Positions 63,560 to 64,000 of a stretch of DNA of 64,000 nt are shown piece after piece. Made by a program: the position numbers and the translations under genes. Numbering within the stretch: the stretch's first letter is position 1; the number at the start of each line of letters is the position of its first letter. The notes beneath the pieces were generated by a model. That model ran no database searches. It was not told where the DNA came from and saw only the letters and a program-made list of their open reading frames with translations. Source of the DNA: Octopus vulgaris (taxonomy: Eukaryota); NCBI GenBank assembly GCA_951406725.2, contig OX597814.1, forward strand, positions 218,612,001 through 218,676,000, given 5' to 3'.

Positions 63560-64000
63560 CTAGCAGCATAGCCCGGCATTGCCCGGGTATGTAAGAGCCC
63601 CTGGAGCAGACATGATGCTCGCTGTGAATTTTAAAAAAATTCCTGCCAATTTGTGAAAGATATTGTCGAAAATATGTCATCTTGAATTTGAACGCGATTT
63701 CCCAAAATGGCATGATTTTATCGACTTTTTCTGATGGTAAGGTATTGCATGGAAAAATAACGGCAGAATTAAGTTTCTTAGGGTAACATTAAGCTTCACC
63801 ATGAGTTTGGTGAAAATCGATTGCAAGTTGCGAAAACTACAACAGAAAATGTGTTGCAAATAAAAAGCTTAGATTCTCGACCCCATGTCGAATTTATCAA
63901 TTTTTTTCAGAACTAGGGGAACTTTTCAAAATTTTCGCTACGTTAGTTTTGAATTATGACATTGGGCTATGTGTGTGCCAAGTTTCATCAGAATCGGTTG
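63560..64000 (-). mobile_element. 3' part of a Helitron-type element running off the right edge
   Basis: Minus strand ends cccgggcaatgccggg hairpin then ctatgctgCTAG|T. Confidence 0.65.

Overview
AT-rich, repeat-dense eukaryotic DNA. The SINE, Penelope and (TATG)n/(TA)n landscape suggests an octopus or other coleoid mollusc (inference, not verified). One host gene is visible: the 5' part of a TADA2B/ADA2b (SAGA adaptor) gene on the minus strand. Six exons from about 18045 down to 478 splice in frame and encode a ZZ finger and a SANT domain; the first intron has a GC donor and the gene runs off the left edge. The remainder is intronic or intergenic and holds four SINE-type families, Helitron-type and TIR MITEs, decayed mariner, Chapaev-like, CR1, RTE and Penelope-like elements, mini/microsatellites and one 100-N gap. 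The most striking signal is a set of non-coding elements in or beside (TA)n tracts that carry type I hammerhead ribozyme folds. The clearest is a 490-bp unit at 39995-41496, present as about 2 tandem copies plus about 1 inverted copy. Its two tandem hammerheads are intact and exactly 490 nt apart, making it a candidate retrozyme or circular-RNA-producing element, plausibly mobilised by Penelope-like retroelements whose remnants lie nearby.
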